In this document: positions 40,129 through 54,150 of the stretch, in pieces | Layout of the letters: every line of letters begins with the position of its first letter | Numbering within the stretch: position 1 is the first letter of the stretch | DNA from: Octopus bimaculoides | Lineage: Eukaryota | DNA length: 64,000 nucleotides | Assembly: GCF_001194135.2 (NCBI RefSeq) | Contig: NC_068994.1 | Location: 2,759,041 to 2,823,040, forward strand | Direction of reading: 5' to 3' | The notes under the pieces: model-generated | The model's database searches: none | What the model saw: the letters and a program-made list of their open reading frames with translations, nothing else | What the model was told of the DNA's origin: nothing | Made by a program: the position numbers and the translations under genes

Positions 40129-40329
40129 GTAAGTTCATTGCTTTCATTATCATTATTTTAAGTTGTTTTATTGTTCAAGTGAAAATAATTGAGATTGATT
40201 CATGATAATATGAAGTAACTGAAGATTAATTTGTTGGTATTAAAACAAAAACTGATTTTTAAAATACAATAATGTCTGAAATAAATTATTTTTTTGTTTG
40301 GGAAGCAAGTCATTTTATTTTACTTCATT

Positions 40330-42450
40330 TACTCCTCCCTTTTTAGCATTTTTTTTTTCACTTCATACTCTTTCTTTTTGGCATGTATTTGCAGGAATTC
40401 TGTGTTCTTCCTTTTTCTTCCACTTGTATGCATGGGTTCTACCACCTGTAATGGTATTGGTACCTGGAATGTGTTATACAATCATTCCATAGGTTCTTCT
40501 AATCTGTCTGATTCGTTTTCTATGAATCTCTTCTTTAATTGGTTCATGTGTCTTTTTTCAATACCTTTTTTGCTTTTTACCCAATACATCATTTTTCCTA
40601 TATACTTTGTAATTTCACCTTCTTCCTAGTACTGCTTTCCATTTTTATACAACATCATGTACACCTTATCACCAATTTTGAAAAATTTTTATATGACTTT
40701 CTTGGCACTTTTTCTTTCCTTGGCAGGTAACAGTTTATCAAAAGCTGATTTCACCTTCCTCATGAACATCAGTTCTGCTGGTGACCTTCCTGCTGGTGTA
40801 TTGGAGTTTGGTGTCATCCTGTACACCCTTAGGAATTGTTGCAGAGTGACTTCTTCTGTGACTTCCTTGTTTGCTTTTCTCAAAGCTCTTTTAAACATGT
40901 CAACAAATCACTCTGCCAGTCCATTTGATCTGGGATGGTAAGGCACTATAATTCTATGTTCTACTGTGAACATTTCGCAGAATTTTCCATTATCAGATAC
41001 AATCACGTCTGGGATACTGAATCTTGCGAATAATTTGTGCAAAAAATTTATTACAATTAAGGCAGTTGGTCTTTTGCATTTAACAATTTCCGGTCATTTT
41101 GTAAACCTGTCAACTACCACTAAGTAAGCGACTAAGTAGTAGTTAATGGACCCAAAAATTGATGTGTAGTCTTGTCCATGATTTTTTACTTCTAGCCAAG
41201 GTTCCCATTTTTGAGTTGGCAATTTCACTGCCAGAGCAGGCTATAATTTTTTTCTACTGGCAATAGTGTCCTTGACATGTGCGCTATGGCCTTTTGGCTG
41301 CCATCATCACATTTGTGTAGGAGTATGGCACCTACTTTATACTCACTACCATCTGTTGCAAGTGTTATCTCCAACTTTGGATCGAATTGTTTATATCCTC
41401 ATCACCACTGTTATAACGTGAACTCTTGTCCACTTGTATGTTATTTGTTGACAGTGTACTATCCTTGTCACCACTATTATGTTGTGGTGGTATTCCATGT
41501 CTTATTATCTTTGACTTGTCTATCATGCTTTGCTGATAGCTCTGCAAGACGATGACTGGGAAACATCTAGAGTGCTAACATGGAGAGTGCTAACTTCATT
41601 TCTTTCTAGCATTTGTAGGTCTTCTGCATTTAGGCCCATGTCTCACTATCATGTAGTTTTGCTGTTCATATGCAAGTATCACAAATTCTGCCTTTTACTC
41701 TAAAAGACAAACCTTTTGTTGCCAACAGAGATAAACAGCTCCCTGAACTTTCATCTGCCTGTTCTTAGGCTTGCTGCTATACTTTCAAAACATCTTCCAC
41801 CTCTGTTAATAAAGGTACCTAGGTAACAGAATCAATCTGTTAGCTCTGGGGAAATTTGCTTGGCAACTAAGAGTATTTTATTTTGTGTGCACTCTTCATG
41901 CTTATTACTTCTGCACAGCTGTCATATACAAATCTGCTTTCTCTAGTAACCTGTCCATGATTCCACTGTACCTCTTGTGTGTCCATAGTTTGCATTGATT
42001 ACACTGTATGGAATTCTACCAACTTCTCTTCTATATGTTGGGCAAGGTCATTTCTCTGATGGGAGTAGGGTCATATCTACTTTCTCATTTGCTAATATTT
42101 TAGGCTTTGCTAAATTACTTTGAAGCTTTTCAATTCCAAGTTTGGCTTCCATGCTTGGAATTTCTCCTCTAATCTTACTACAGTTTCTGCTATAAGAATG
42201 AGGACATCACAATATGTGAATTCCCATTTTTATGGTTAGGAAGTCTAAGATGACTAGATAGGGATAGAGAACTGAACCTTGCTGGGCATACTAAATTCAT
42301 TGCTATTTTTGTTTCTAACTCTTACCTGCCAACAGAATCTCTGTACATGGCTTTCACAAGCCATTTAACTTCTCTCAGCTTCTCAGCACCCACCGGATCA
42401 CCAAGCTAGGGATTCTGTCAAAGGCTTTCTTTGGATGAACCAATACACTG
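40330..42450 (-). mobile_element. Degenerate Ty3/Gypsy pol (RT/RNase H remnants and integrase) antisense in protocadherin intron 1
   Basis: Minus strand: VVVDRFTK, FARFSIPDVIVSDNG, PYHPRSNGLAE, FLRVYRMTPN...SPAELM, KRHMNQLK; stops and frameshifts. Confidence 0.8.
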
Positions 42451-43470
42451 TTAAAAATTTTTGAGAAGTACAGATAAAAGTCTATTATGTATCAAATGAA
42501 GATGCCAATCAGTAATTTTAACCTTCAAATGCACTTTTAAAAGCGCTGATGTATGAACAGGGTTAGGGTTAGTAACAAAAATTATAGATTTAATTTGAAA
42601 TTCAATTTGAAATTTTACAATTTTATTTAGATGAAGTGAGATGGAAATGCTGTAAAAATTCCACATGCAAAAAGTTCCACACACCTATTCTGGAATAAAA
42701 TTTTATGATATATTTTACTACAAAAATTAAAACAGCATCTTAATCAAAACAGGTTCATTACATTTTCAAAGACTATATATAACCTTTGTTGCATAATCAA
42801 AATTAAGATCTTTCTTAAATAATATCACAATAAACTTTACGAAAATCACAACAATGTATAAAGTATTGCTTTCTACCTCTGATGAAAGTAAAATTAAAAA
42901 TTAAAATTAGAGTGTAAGAAAAAATGCTTTGCAGCATTTATTCCAGTTCTTTCTACTTTCAACTTTGTCTTTCCTTTCGAGATTGGTAAATAAAGGACCA
43001 GTCAAGTGCTGGGAGTGAAGCATCCAGCTAAATCCCTCTCCTCAAAATTGCTGGCCTTGTACATAAATTAGAAACAATTATTCCTGATAAAAGAGAGGTC
43101 ATTCTAATATTTACTAGTGTTAATTTGAGACATAACTATCAACTAAAGAGCTAACCAGTGCCATCTAACATGACTATCAGCGGAAGAGCTAACCAGTGCT
43201 ATCTTACTAGTACTATCAGATGGAAACTGAATCCAAGTTTACTAGGAAAAGGCTTATACCACAAAATATTTTTTCAAATATAAGATATCAGCACATGAAC
43301 AACACTAAATTGCTACAGAATATTCTTATCCTTAATAGAGATTTCTTAAAAGATTTTAACAAATTAGAAATGGAGGAACATATCAAAACTGAAGACTGTA
43401 ACTGATGCTCTTTTTCTGTCCTCACCAAACTTTATATTTACAAGTTTTTATTCTTTTTCAATACTCTTAG

Positions 43471-43627
43471 ATGTACAGTCAACCTGTTACTGTGACATCT
43501 GGTGGTGAGCCAATGGAGCAAAACATTGTTATGGTCCCTAACTATCTGAGTGATACAATGTCTACCAAAAGAGACAGTGGACATAACTGGAATGAAGGAG
43601 AAACAAAACAATATGAAGAAATACCTG
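43471..43627 (+). CDS. PCDH: Protocadherin 1 exon 2 (cytoplasmic tail): MYSQPVTVTSGGEPMEQNIVMVPNYLSDTMSTKRDSGHNWNEGETKQYEEIP+G
   Basis: Pyrimidine tract plus TAG acceptor at 43469-43470, phase 0 matches exon 1; donor G|GTATGT at 43628; RDSGH recalls the DSG motif of protocadherin tails; a homologous exon exists at 62170-62320. Confidence 0.85.
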
Positions 43628-44412
43628 GTATGTTAGTGGTTATTTTCTGTTTTGTTTCCTCCTTGCTATTCATTAACCTTAATTTATTTGAATTGAAAGA
43701 TGCTCCAAAACATGAAAATTATTATATTTGTAAATAAACTGATCATAACACAGAATCTAGCAAAAATAAGTTTTCTGTGTAAATTAGTTAAATTAATGGC
43801 AAGGATATTAGCAGGCATTAGTTTACTAACAAACCCTCTGATTTATAACATTATGGCTGCTAAAATCTCAATTTTGTTAAAATAGCCCTCTCAAAAATGC
43901 AAGAAAATAGGAGCATGACCCACAACTAATGTACAGTTTAAGTTTAAACACAGAAAGGAGTATACAAGATAAATCCAACCAACTTTATAAAATATCACTC
44001 TCATTTTAGCTCAGATCCTGAATAAATGGATTTGAAAAAAATACTATGCATGATACTTGAAAGAAATGTTTTACATTAACTGATGATAGAATTCAAGTTC
44101 CTGTTTTGAAACTACTTTTTTTTTCTTTTCATTTTGGAATACAATGTATATTTACAAGTTATTATTGTCATTAGAATTACATGTTAAAAAAACTTCCTGT
44201 ATTGTTATCATCCTTGAAATATGCAACTGGATATGAAAGTTTAAACTTTCAGATAAGCATATAATGGAATTCAGTTTGTCTTAGCAGGAAATAAAATAAA
44301 AAAATTTGTTGGCTATAACTGAAAAATATACATATATATATGTATATATTTTGTCAACATATATATCCCAAAAAGAAGCACATACTAAAGCATAGAGCAG
44401 TAGTGTATTTAT

Positions 44413-44561
44413 ATGCAGTGAAGTTTATGTCTGGTCATAGAGTGACCTATGGTTTCACATCCATAAAGGGCCTAGAGTCTGATGAGCCATCCATGGGGCT
44501 AGGCTCTTTATGGATGCAAAACCATTAGTCACTCTATGACCAGACACAGACTTAACTGCAT
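44413..44561. mobile_element. 149-bp fold-back MITE in protocadherin intron 2
   Basis: ~64-bp arms ATGCAGTGAAGTTTATGTCTGGTCATAGAGTGAC... / ...GTCACTCTATGACCAGACACAGACTTAACTGCAT. Confidence 0.85.
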
Positions 44562-44600
44562 CTAAAAATATACATATACATATATATGTATGTATGTATG

Positions 44601-44650
<50 letters not shown>

Positions 44651-44689
44651 CACACACATACATACATACATACATATATATATATGCAG

Positions 44690-45200
44690 AGTTTGACCAC
44701 CTCCTGTACCTGCACCTCAACCTCAGCACCATCATGGCATCTGATGTGGCTTTTTAAACCAGACAATGTTCTGAAAAGATACCCACTTAGATTGCACATC
44801 CGATTTGGACCACCAAGAGCTGCAGATAAGTTCTGATCTTTGTGGATCTTTAAATGTCTTTTGAGGCCTCCATTTTGGCAAACCTTCTGCCATACATTGC
44901 ATTCAAACGTGTGCTCAAATATATAGGCAGAATAGTTGGTGGAGGTTTGTTTTTCATGGGTTCACAAATTAGATTTGAGCCCAGCAAAAGAAAGGCATGG
45001 TCTGTCACAAACTGTGCACACAAAAAGGTCATTGTCATTCACCTTCTCAATCGTAACATTGTTCCTTAGATCTCTGTTGAGTCTTACATGCATTATCCTG
45101 GATTCTTCAAATACTTTCACTCCACACTTTTGTTCGCCATCCAACTCGATCTGAAACAAGGGTTTCCATGTCTTATGGGTCCATTCCAAGTGACTGCCAT
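44690..45200 (-). mobile_element. RTE/BovB-like LINE 3' end with C2H2-like knuckles
   Basis: GVKVFEESR...FVCTVCDRPCLSFAGLKS and CNLSGYLFRTLSGLKSHIRCH. Confidence 0.7.
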
Positions 45201-45792
45201 CCTTAAACCTTTTTTTTTAGGTTTATGCTGATAGCATTTCCCCTCTGCAAGCTCACCATAAAACAGGTGTTTTGGCATGCGTTCACCTGTCATTCAAACA
45301 ATATGACCACACCATCTCATTTGGTACATATGTATGTATACATATATACATGTATACATATACACACACACATATATATATTGTGTGTGTGTGTGTGTGT
45401 GTGTGTGTGCTTGTGTGTATGCATACATATGCCACCAGATAATCCTCATGTGAAAATTATGGTTTAAACTTTAAAATTGTCTGGAGATTTTAAATTATTT
45501 TATTTCTTTAACAAGATATATTAAAAGAAATGCAAATCTCACAACGTTAAGTACATATTCTAGGACAGAGATCTAAGATAAAATATATTCACCATTTTTT
45601 AACTGGTAAGTTATTTTTACAATATGTTTTTTAACCTACTGACGTGATAAATCTGATGGTCTAATTCAAGATTGAGTATTACTGTCAAGCATTTTATGGT
45701 TTATAATTATACTTAATTTTAAATTGGGTTTCTAAAACTATTATCCTGTAAAGATAAGTTTGATAATTTTCTCTTCTTTTGGCATTTTCCAG

Positions 45793-45839
45793 GGCTTTAC
45801 AACTTCAGACACATATCATCCACTTCAAAGATGGACTGA
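45793..45839 (+). CDS. PCDH: Probable terminal coding exon 3 of protocadherin 1: (G)LYNFRHISSTSKMD*
   Basis: Strong acceptor TTTTCTCTTCTTTTGGCATTTTCCAG; phase 1 fits exon 2; TGA at 45837-45839; no homology support, so tentative. Confidence 0.5.
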
Positions 45840-47899
45840 AACCACAAAGACAGACATATAAAAAGAAATCAATGAGATTGTAATAGAAATGAATCAACAA
45901 ACAGGGAAGTGAACAAAATGCCTATAAGCCTTCCAGAGACAGAATCATAAAACACCCATTTATGGTTGCATTCGATTGTAGGAGTGATATAGTACCATTT
46001 AATGTGAACGAGACAAATGTCTTTGAAATACATTAGTATTGTTAATATTGAAGATAGATATAACAAAAAATATTTTTTACCTCCATTCAATCATACAAGG
46101 TATGCATACAGACCATAACGAGGTGAACATAGATCTTATCTTCATTTTAAATATTCTGGTTTATATATACCCTGATATATGTTTTCCCTGTGTACAGATA
46201 CATAATTATGCACATAATATATAGAAAATGTGTATGTAAAAATGTGTACATACACATTTGGGAGTATGAAAAAGATGACTCATCCTCAATACATGAAGAA
46301 GAGTTTAATTAATTTGGGGTGATGCTAAGTTCAAGTATCACTGTGATTGATTTTATCTTTCATCCCTTCAGGGTCAATAATAATAAGTCATGTGCTAGAT
46401 TTAATTTAATCATCTGTAATAACTTCCTTAACCATAAGAATGTATGAAATTTATATTTTAGTTATTAAGGTAACAATATTTTATGCTGTATATCCTACAT
46501 TTATAAAATAGGATTTAAAACAGTATGCAGTATTTATCATTTAAAGGAATATTTTTCATATTCCATGTTATGTGATGTAATGTCTTTTGCAAAAACGATC
46601 CTATATTTAGAAGAGAAATATTTTTATATAACGCTAACTGCTATAGTAAGCATAATTTGGCATTAATCATATTATGTTTTAACTAATAGATTATAACAGT
46701 TACGATGATAAGTGTAATGTATATTACTACTAAACAAAAATGCATGTGTCTGTGCATTTGAGTAGGAATGTACATGTCAGTGTACATTTGTTGTGTTTCA
46801 TCCCAAGTCAACATTGATTCAGCGAATTGATTAAAGACATTCCAATCATGAACATCCTATCTTTTTCCAAGGAACCCAGAACCATATTTACTAATGTGCC
46901 CTCTTATGGTAGTGCATGATTTGAAGAAAATTTGGCTGCACTCTCTAGCAGGTCTAGAAATAAACCATGTAGAGGCCCCAACATTGGTCTGTTGAATGTA
47001 TTCGAAGCATATCTGTATGGCAATTCTGTGATTTTCTTTCAAGTTGAAATTTTTAACATTAACAATCACAATTATATACTGAATGAAGATGATCTAAATA
47101 CGAAATATTACTGAATGTCATCTGTAATTGTGCATTTTCAAAACTTTTTATAAAGTTTTAAAGGTAAACATGTCAATTTAACAAAGGGTTTTGTTAAGAG
47201 TCATTGACAGATATTACAAATTAACATTGTTTATAAATTGATCCAATGCTTCAAGACATAAACATATTTCAGATGACATAAACTGAANNNNNNNNNNCAA
47301 AGGGAATCAAACAACTTAAATCTTCAGTTATTTTTATTTTGTAATATTTGATATTGTGTAATTTTATCAAATCAGTTATTTCAAAGTAAAACTTTTAAAA
47401 CACTTTTTATTTCCAGGAAATTTGCTAAATGCTTTCAAAATGAAAAGAAAAATTTCAAATATCTCCAGAAAAAACATTTTTATAGGAAATGTTTTCACAC
47501 ATTGGTAAATTATACAATAAAGAAAATGATTTCTCATTTTTTACTTGTTTCCAAGAGAAAATCTGTTCCCAAATTAAATGTTTATTTGTTAAATAAAAGT
47601 CATTGTAAAATCTTTCCTTACAGAATATGTATGTGTGTGTGAGGGAGGGAGAGAGTGTGAGAGATGATTTATATAAAAGAAATCTCTATTTTAGGTAATG
47701 TAATATTTTAATATTAAAACATTCCAATCATAATATGATTGGAATGCTTCAATAGATATGCATGTCATTAGATTTTACACAAAATTTGACACTATAAATG
47801 TGACAGTGGACAAGAAATGTAGCATGACTGTGTTTAAGAGTGAACAGATAATGTATTGTTGAAATACTGTTAAAAGTGTACATATTATTTGAGTTCAAT

Positions 47900-48065
47900 T
47901 TTTTAAGGTCCTCTTTTTTCCAATGGTGTTAGGAAGTGCATCCGGCTGTAGAAACTATATCAAAGCAAACATTTGAGCTTTGCACAGTCTTCTGGCTCAC
48001 CACCTACTGTCAAACTGTCCAAACCATGCCAATATGGACTTTAAATGATGATAATGATGATGTAG
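47900..48065 (+). mobile_element. RTE/SINE tail copy
   Basis: GTTAGGAAGTGCATCCGGCTGTAGAAAC...CCATGCC...AAATGATGATAATGATGAT. Confidence 0.65.
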
Positions 48066-48579
48066 AGTATAGTTATGACAGTCAGAGGCTCTCTTAGGTG
48101 AGTTTGATGCAACTGATGTTCCTCTTGAACAATTGTAAATCAATAACTGCCAAACAAGCATGGGTAGGGATAAAATTCCTGAGGAATGTCATTAGAAAGA
48201 AAGGATTTGGAAAGTGGTTAGTGTGGGCCTAAGGAGGCAGGCATCATATGGAGAAGAGAAGAATAAAGAAGAGTTAGTTAGGTAAACTTGGGTGGAAGTG
48301 ACATGAGACCAGCTAACCCAAATCCAATGACAAGAGACTACAATTGTAGCTGTAGAAATAGCAGAACATGCCTTTCCTCCAGTTGTTGGAGAAAGTTGGT
48401 GAGCAACTCTGTCAATTAATCAGGTGGCCTTTTTGCAGATTCAATTTATGATGTACATGTGTGCAGCTGTGGCATTGTCCTAGATTTTACTGTGGTCCTC
48501 ACTCGAGCCTTGTAGAGAGATTAAAATCAAAGCAAAAGTTTTAGGAGGCAACAAATTAGGTTTTGATATCTGATTTAAC

Positions 48580-49710
48580 CATTAATTATGGTTAATTTTG
48601 GGATATCTAGAACAATAACTCTACCAAGAAATAGTGGAAAACTATAGCACTGGATTTAGAAATTATATTGAAAAGGCATGGAAAAGATACCTTGACAGTT
48701 GTTTCATAATGTGGACAGAATCTCTAAATACATTGGAAGAGTTTAATATCCTCCTGAACAACCTACACCCATCTCTCCAATTTATAAAAGAGATGAGTAG
48801 TACCATATTACCATTCCTAGTTATAATGGTAACTAAAAAGGACACCACCATTACCATAGATATATACTACAATCACATGGACACACATCAATACTTGACT
48901 TTTAAGTCATGCCATCAACATACAAAACACAACATACCATACTGCTTAGCCAGAAGAATTTGTACCATTGTAGAAGATGCAAATATCAAGAACAAACACC
49001 TAACAGAACTATGAGAATTTTTGCTCAAACAAAAATACTTGTCTCTACTTATAGAAAATTGCATACAGCAGGCTATAAAAATACCCATACAACAACTGAA
49101 GACAACTCAAAGAAGAGGAAAACAGGAACAAGACATACCATTTATTCTGACACACAACCCATGTCACCAGATATCTTTAACATTGTCAAAGTAAACCTAC
49201 AAATCATTGCTCAAAGTAATGAATTAAAAGATATAATCACAGATCGAGCCATGTTTCTTAGTAAAATCATTAACAAAGGAAAAGTTTGACCTCAGCAACA
49301 AAGACTAATCATTCACTGTATTTAAATGCAATGATAGGTGATGTGACACAAGCCAATTCATGCATACCGACCAATATATGAACACAAAACCCAGAAAAAT
49401 ATTCACAAACACAAATATGAACTGCAAAAGCAGAAATTTAATTTACTGCATCAAGTACCCGATTCGTGAAGAACTATATGTAGGTCATGTACTGTCAATG
49501 CACTGTCAGAATGTTCATGTGTGCAACGACAGCAAATTAGAGATCCAGATGTCCGTCAGATACATTTGAGTAACCATCTAGAAACATGCGGTTGGAAGAT
49601 ATTTATAATTCTTCCATTCTACAAACTATACAGTCCAAGTGAAATTGAGAGAAAAATCAGAGAAAAGAACTTTATTAATAAAGTTCAACCCAAGCTAAAT
49701 AAACAATAAT
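48580..49710 (+). mobile_element. Penelope-like element 3' half (RT C-terminus and GIY-YIG), degenerate
   Basis: WKRYLDSCF...LNNLHPSLQF...LPFL...DTHQYLTFKSCH...NIPYCLARRICTIV; then NMNCKSRNLIYCIK...LYVG. Confidence 0.85.
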
Positions 49711-50044
49711 ACTAATGCACATTTTTCCTTGCTCATACCCCACTGAGCCATAAAACTATCTCTCCTCACCACTACATCTTTCACCCTCCTCATTCACAAT
49801 ATTTGACACAACCCATCCAAGACTCCAGCAACCTACACAACCACAAGTCATCTCCCTCTCTCTTTTCTCTCTCTCTCTCTCTCATCCTTCACCTTTCTAT
49901 TGTATTAATATCACTATTCTGTGGAGTTGATATAATATTAAAAAAGCCTATTTCCAAATATACAATGTATACCCCACCATTTCACAATATCCACAACTAT
50001 TATCATCATAAGCTACTCTTTTATTCTTTTATTCATTTACTCGT

Positions 50045-50410
50045 TTCAGTCATTTGACATGTTGGAGTACTGCCTTGAAGGGTTATAGGCAAAGCAAATC
50101 GATCCCAGGATTTATTTCTTAAGCCTAGAACTTACTCTATTGGTCTCTCATTCCAAACCACTAAGTTACGAGGATGTAAACTCACCAAAACCTATTGTCA
50201 AGCAGTGATGGAGGGGGGGGGGGCACAGATACAAAGACATGCACACATAGATATATACATATATCTTCTTTGAATGTCTATCCACCAAATCCACTCACAA
50301 GGCTTTGGTTGGTCCAAGGCTATAGAAAAAGATACTTGCTCAAGGTGCCATGCAGTGAGACTGAACACAGAACCATGTGGTTGGGAATCAAGTCTTTTAC
50401 TGTACCTATA
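50045..50410 (+). mobile_element. SINE body/tail fragments of a second family
   Basis: GGAGTACTGCCTTGAAGGG..ATCGATCCCAGG..CTAAGTTACG.GGA.GTAAAC..TTGTCAAGC and CCAAATCCACTCACAAGGCTTTGGT..GGTGCCATGCAGTG motifs recognised as an abundant octopus interspersed repeat. Confidence 0.55.
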
Positions 50411-50639
50411 CAAGCCATGCCTCTGCTTTATAATTATTTCATGAGGAACATAATTCTAATGCTGATACAGAGCTGTTATATATGTTATATATACACTCAT
50501 ATGTTATATATATATGTTATATATACACTCATACATTAAAAAACAGATATGTACCAAGTTCCAATTAGATGGCAAGCTAGAATACTCAATGAAATTTTAC
50601 TTTCCACTCTCCTCCAAATTTCTTGTTAGCTTCTATCAT

Positions 50640-52260
50640 GATGCCTTTTTCAGTTGTTCCCCTTGCAACATCTGTTTTCTGATAGTTGCTAATACATTGG
50701 TTTGTCATGTGAATGTAGACTACAGGAGCCATCTAACTCATAAAATAAAGATTTGCTTGACACTATGTAGCATTAATTTAGTTCATAGACTTCAGTGTTT
50801 TGGAACGAACAATTGAAGGCAATCTGAATAAGTCTTAATATTTCAAAATAGTCACATTATTCTATCATGATGCTTTCTTTCTCAATTAAGACTATATCTG
50901 GCTTCCCTATTCTCAATCTCATGGTTGCACTGAATCATAAAATCCCACAGGATCTTTGCATTATCATTTTCGATGATGCCTTCGGGTTTATGGTCATACC
51001 AATTTTTTGCTCTGTCAAGTCCATATTTGTTGTAAAGTGTCCAATGGACAAGCCTTGCTATACTGTCGTGGCATTTCTTATATTCCTTCCAGGCTAGTAG
51101 CATACATTGGCTGGTAATATGCCATACGGTTTCACCATTTTGTCCACAAATTCTGCACTTATCACTTTCTGATATGTTGTCTATTCTGTATTTTATGTAA
51201 TTTGTTCTTAGTGCTTGCTCTTGGGCAGCACAGATTAGAGCCTCCGTTTCCGGTTTTAAATCACTTTTAGTGATCCACAAACATCTTTTTTCTCTGTCTG
51301 TCTTATCTTCATCATCCCTATGAAATTGTCCATGTATTCTTTTCTTTATCCACCTGTTTTCAGTTTCATTCTTTTTCAATTGCTTGTACAGTGCTTTATC
51401 TTTGCAATCTGTCATCTTACACAAGCCTGACCTTCTTACTTCTAATAAGTGGTTCTGTGGCATTTTTTTACGTACCATGCTATGTTGTTTTCTTCTGCTC
51501 TAATGCTGTGTTCACATCCAATAAGTCCTCTTCCCCCTCTTTTTCTTGGTACATACAGTCTGCCTGTGCCACTTTTTGGGAGGAGTGTTCCATATCTAGT
51601 TAGCAACTTCCTTGTCTTTCTGTCTAAGTTCTTTAGTTTGTCTACTGACCATGCAATTACCCCTGCTCCATATCTAAGGAGTGAAACCGCCCAGGTGTTG
51701 ATAGCTTCAATCTTATTCTGTCCATTTAATTTCGACTCAAGGATCAATCTCAGTCTGCACAAGTACCCCACCTTAAATTTTTCTGTCATTTCTTTCTTCA
51801 TCAATTTATCCATTTCCAGAGTCCCCAAGTACTTATAGCCCATCTCTTCTATCTGCTTCATAACCTCCCCCGATGGTATCATTAGCCTGTCCATACATTT
51901 GATTTTGCCTCTCTTCAAGACTAACACACCACACTTTCTCAGTTTGAACTCCATTCTGATATCAGCACTGAAAGTATACACTGTATCAGCGAGGGAACTG
52001 ACTTGGGCTTCATCTTTACTATAAAGTTTGAGGTCATCCATGAATAACAAATGGTTGACTTTTTGTTGACGGCTTTTGAATACACACCCAGCTCTTGCTT
52101 TCTTCAGAATCAGTGTTAGTGGTATCAATCACAGTACAAAGACCAGTGGGGATAGGCAGTTCCCTTGGAAGATGCCCCTCCTAATTTCTACTGTCCCTAA
52201 ACTTTTTCCAAGCAATCGCTCAACATTCGATGCAATTTTTCCAAGCAATCACTCAACATT
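50640..52260 (-). mobile_element. 5'-truncated R4/Dong-type retrotransposon (RT end, CCHC knuckle, RLE), next to a (TAA)n tract
   Basis: VNHLLFMDDLKLY, YKYLG, GGRGL, AAQEQAL.T, CRICGQNGETVWHITSQC, HDSIAR.VHW, KILWDF. Confidence 0.9.
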
Positions 52261-52338
52261 CAATGCAATAAATTATTATTATTACCATTATTATTATTAT
52301 TATTATCATTATTATTATTTTTATTATTTTCATTATTT

Positions 52339-52428
<90 letters not shown>

Positions 52429-52699
52429 GGGATCATAAATCCGAAATACTGACCGTCAACAAAATTAGATTGTCAATCAACAAATTGTTTTCTTAACTAT
52501 CATATATTCTATCATATTTTATGTGAGTGCAGATAGTTTCAAAAGAAGCAATATAAGGGAGGTCACTCTACTCAACTACCGTCTTTTGGAAAAGAATGCA
52601 AAATAAAGCATTGAACTTGGAAATAAACTTCAAAGAGAAATATATATTTAAAAGCTAGTTGTTAAAATGGATGTATACAAAGCAATGTACTCAGGCTGC

Positions 52700-54150
52700 C
52701 TCTAGGAGCTTCTCTTTGTTAATGACCTTACTCTAATAGCTGAGTCACTACCAGAACTAGAGAAAAAGTTTCAGGTGTGGAAGCAAGGTCTAGAATTGAA
52801 AGGCCATAGAGTCAATCTAGCAAAAACCAAAGACTTAATAAGTAGGAAAGCAGACAAATCACAAATCCCTTCAGATTGAGCACAAATCCCTGCTCAATCT
52901 GTAGAAAAGGCATTGGCAAAAAGTCCATACGATGTACCCGGTGTAAGCTATGGATACATAAGAAGTGCAGTAATATCAAAGGAAGGTTAACTGGGAAGAT
53001 AGTCTTTGTGTGTGGCAGAAGAACAGGTGCAATAAACACTGAAGATGTACAGGATACAGATTCCATCACATGCCAGGGGAAAAAGCTAGAAGTAGTTGAT
53101 AGCTTCGATTACCTAGGTGACCAAGTCAGTAGTGGGGGGTGAATGCTCTGAGAGCGTAGCTGCTCGAATAAGAATAGCCTGGGCAAAAGTTAGAGAGCTC
53201 CTACCTCTGCTGATAACAATGGGCCTCTTCCTCAGAGTGAAAGGTAGACTGTATGGTACCTGTGTGCAAACAATCATGCTACACAGCAGTGAAACATGGG
53301 CTGTGACTGCTGAGGACATGCGTGGGCTTGGAAGAAATGAAGTTAGTATGCTCTGCTGGATGTGTAATGTCAGTGGGCAAACATGACAGAGTGTAAGTGC
53401 TCTGAGAGAAAAGTTGGACATAAGAAGCATCAGATGTGATGTGCAAGGGAGACAACTGTGCTGGTATGGTCGTGTTGCATAAGGATGAGTACAGCTGTGT
53501 GAAGAAGTGTTACACTCTAACAGTGGAGGGAGCTTGTAGAAGAGGTAGACCCAGGAAGAGATGGGATGAGGTGGTGAAGTACGACCTTCAAACATTGGGC
53601 TTCACAGAGGCAATGACAAGTGACCGAGACCTTTGGAGATATGCTGTGCTTGAGAAGACCTGGCCTGTCCAGTGAGAACATAGCCATGACAGATACCAGT
53701 GTCGCATAACTGGCCCATTTAAAAATACCCTTCAATCATTGGGCAATATGCCATGCTTGTAAAAACCTTTTGGACCAAGTGAAATTGTAGTCATGGCCAA
53801 TGCCAGTGGCACCTGACTGGCAACCATGCCAGTGACATGTAAAAGCACCATTCAAGCATGGCTGATGCTAGTACTGCCTGACTGGTACCTATACCAGTGA
53901 CAAATAAAAAGCACCATTTGTGCGTGGTCAATGCCAGTGATACCAGACTGGCTTCTGTACCGGTTGCACATAAAAAACACACGCTACACTCTTGGAGTGG
54001 TTAGCGTTAGGAAGGGCATTCAACTGTAGAAACCTTGCCAAATCAAATTGGAGCCTGGTGCAGCCTCCTGGTGTGTCAGTCCTCAGTCAAACCGTCCAAT
54101 CCATGCCAGCATGGAAAGCGGAAATTAAACGATGATGGTGATGATAATGA
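52700..54150 (+). mobile_element. 5'-truncated RTE LINE with PHD-like insert and full 3' tail
   Basis: LFVNDLTLIAES..GHRVNLAKTK; CSICRKG..CTRCKLWIHKKC; VVDSFDYLG; RIRIAW.K.RELLPLL; HSSETW; GRPRKRWDEVV; tail ends AAACGATGATG. Confidence 0.9.

Noticed and set aside
43140-43220. Short tandem duplications (also 55085-55160, 55740-55820, 62395-62520, 63645-63690) considered as CRISPR-like or regulatory arrays
   Set aside because: Only two to three diverged adjacent copies with no spacers and no cas genes; ordinary slippage duplications.
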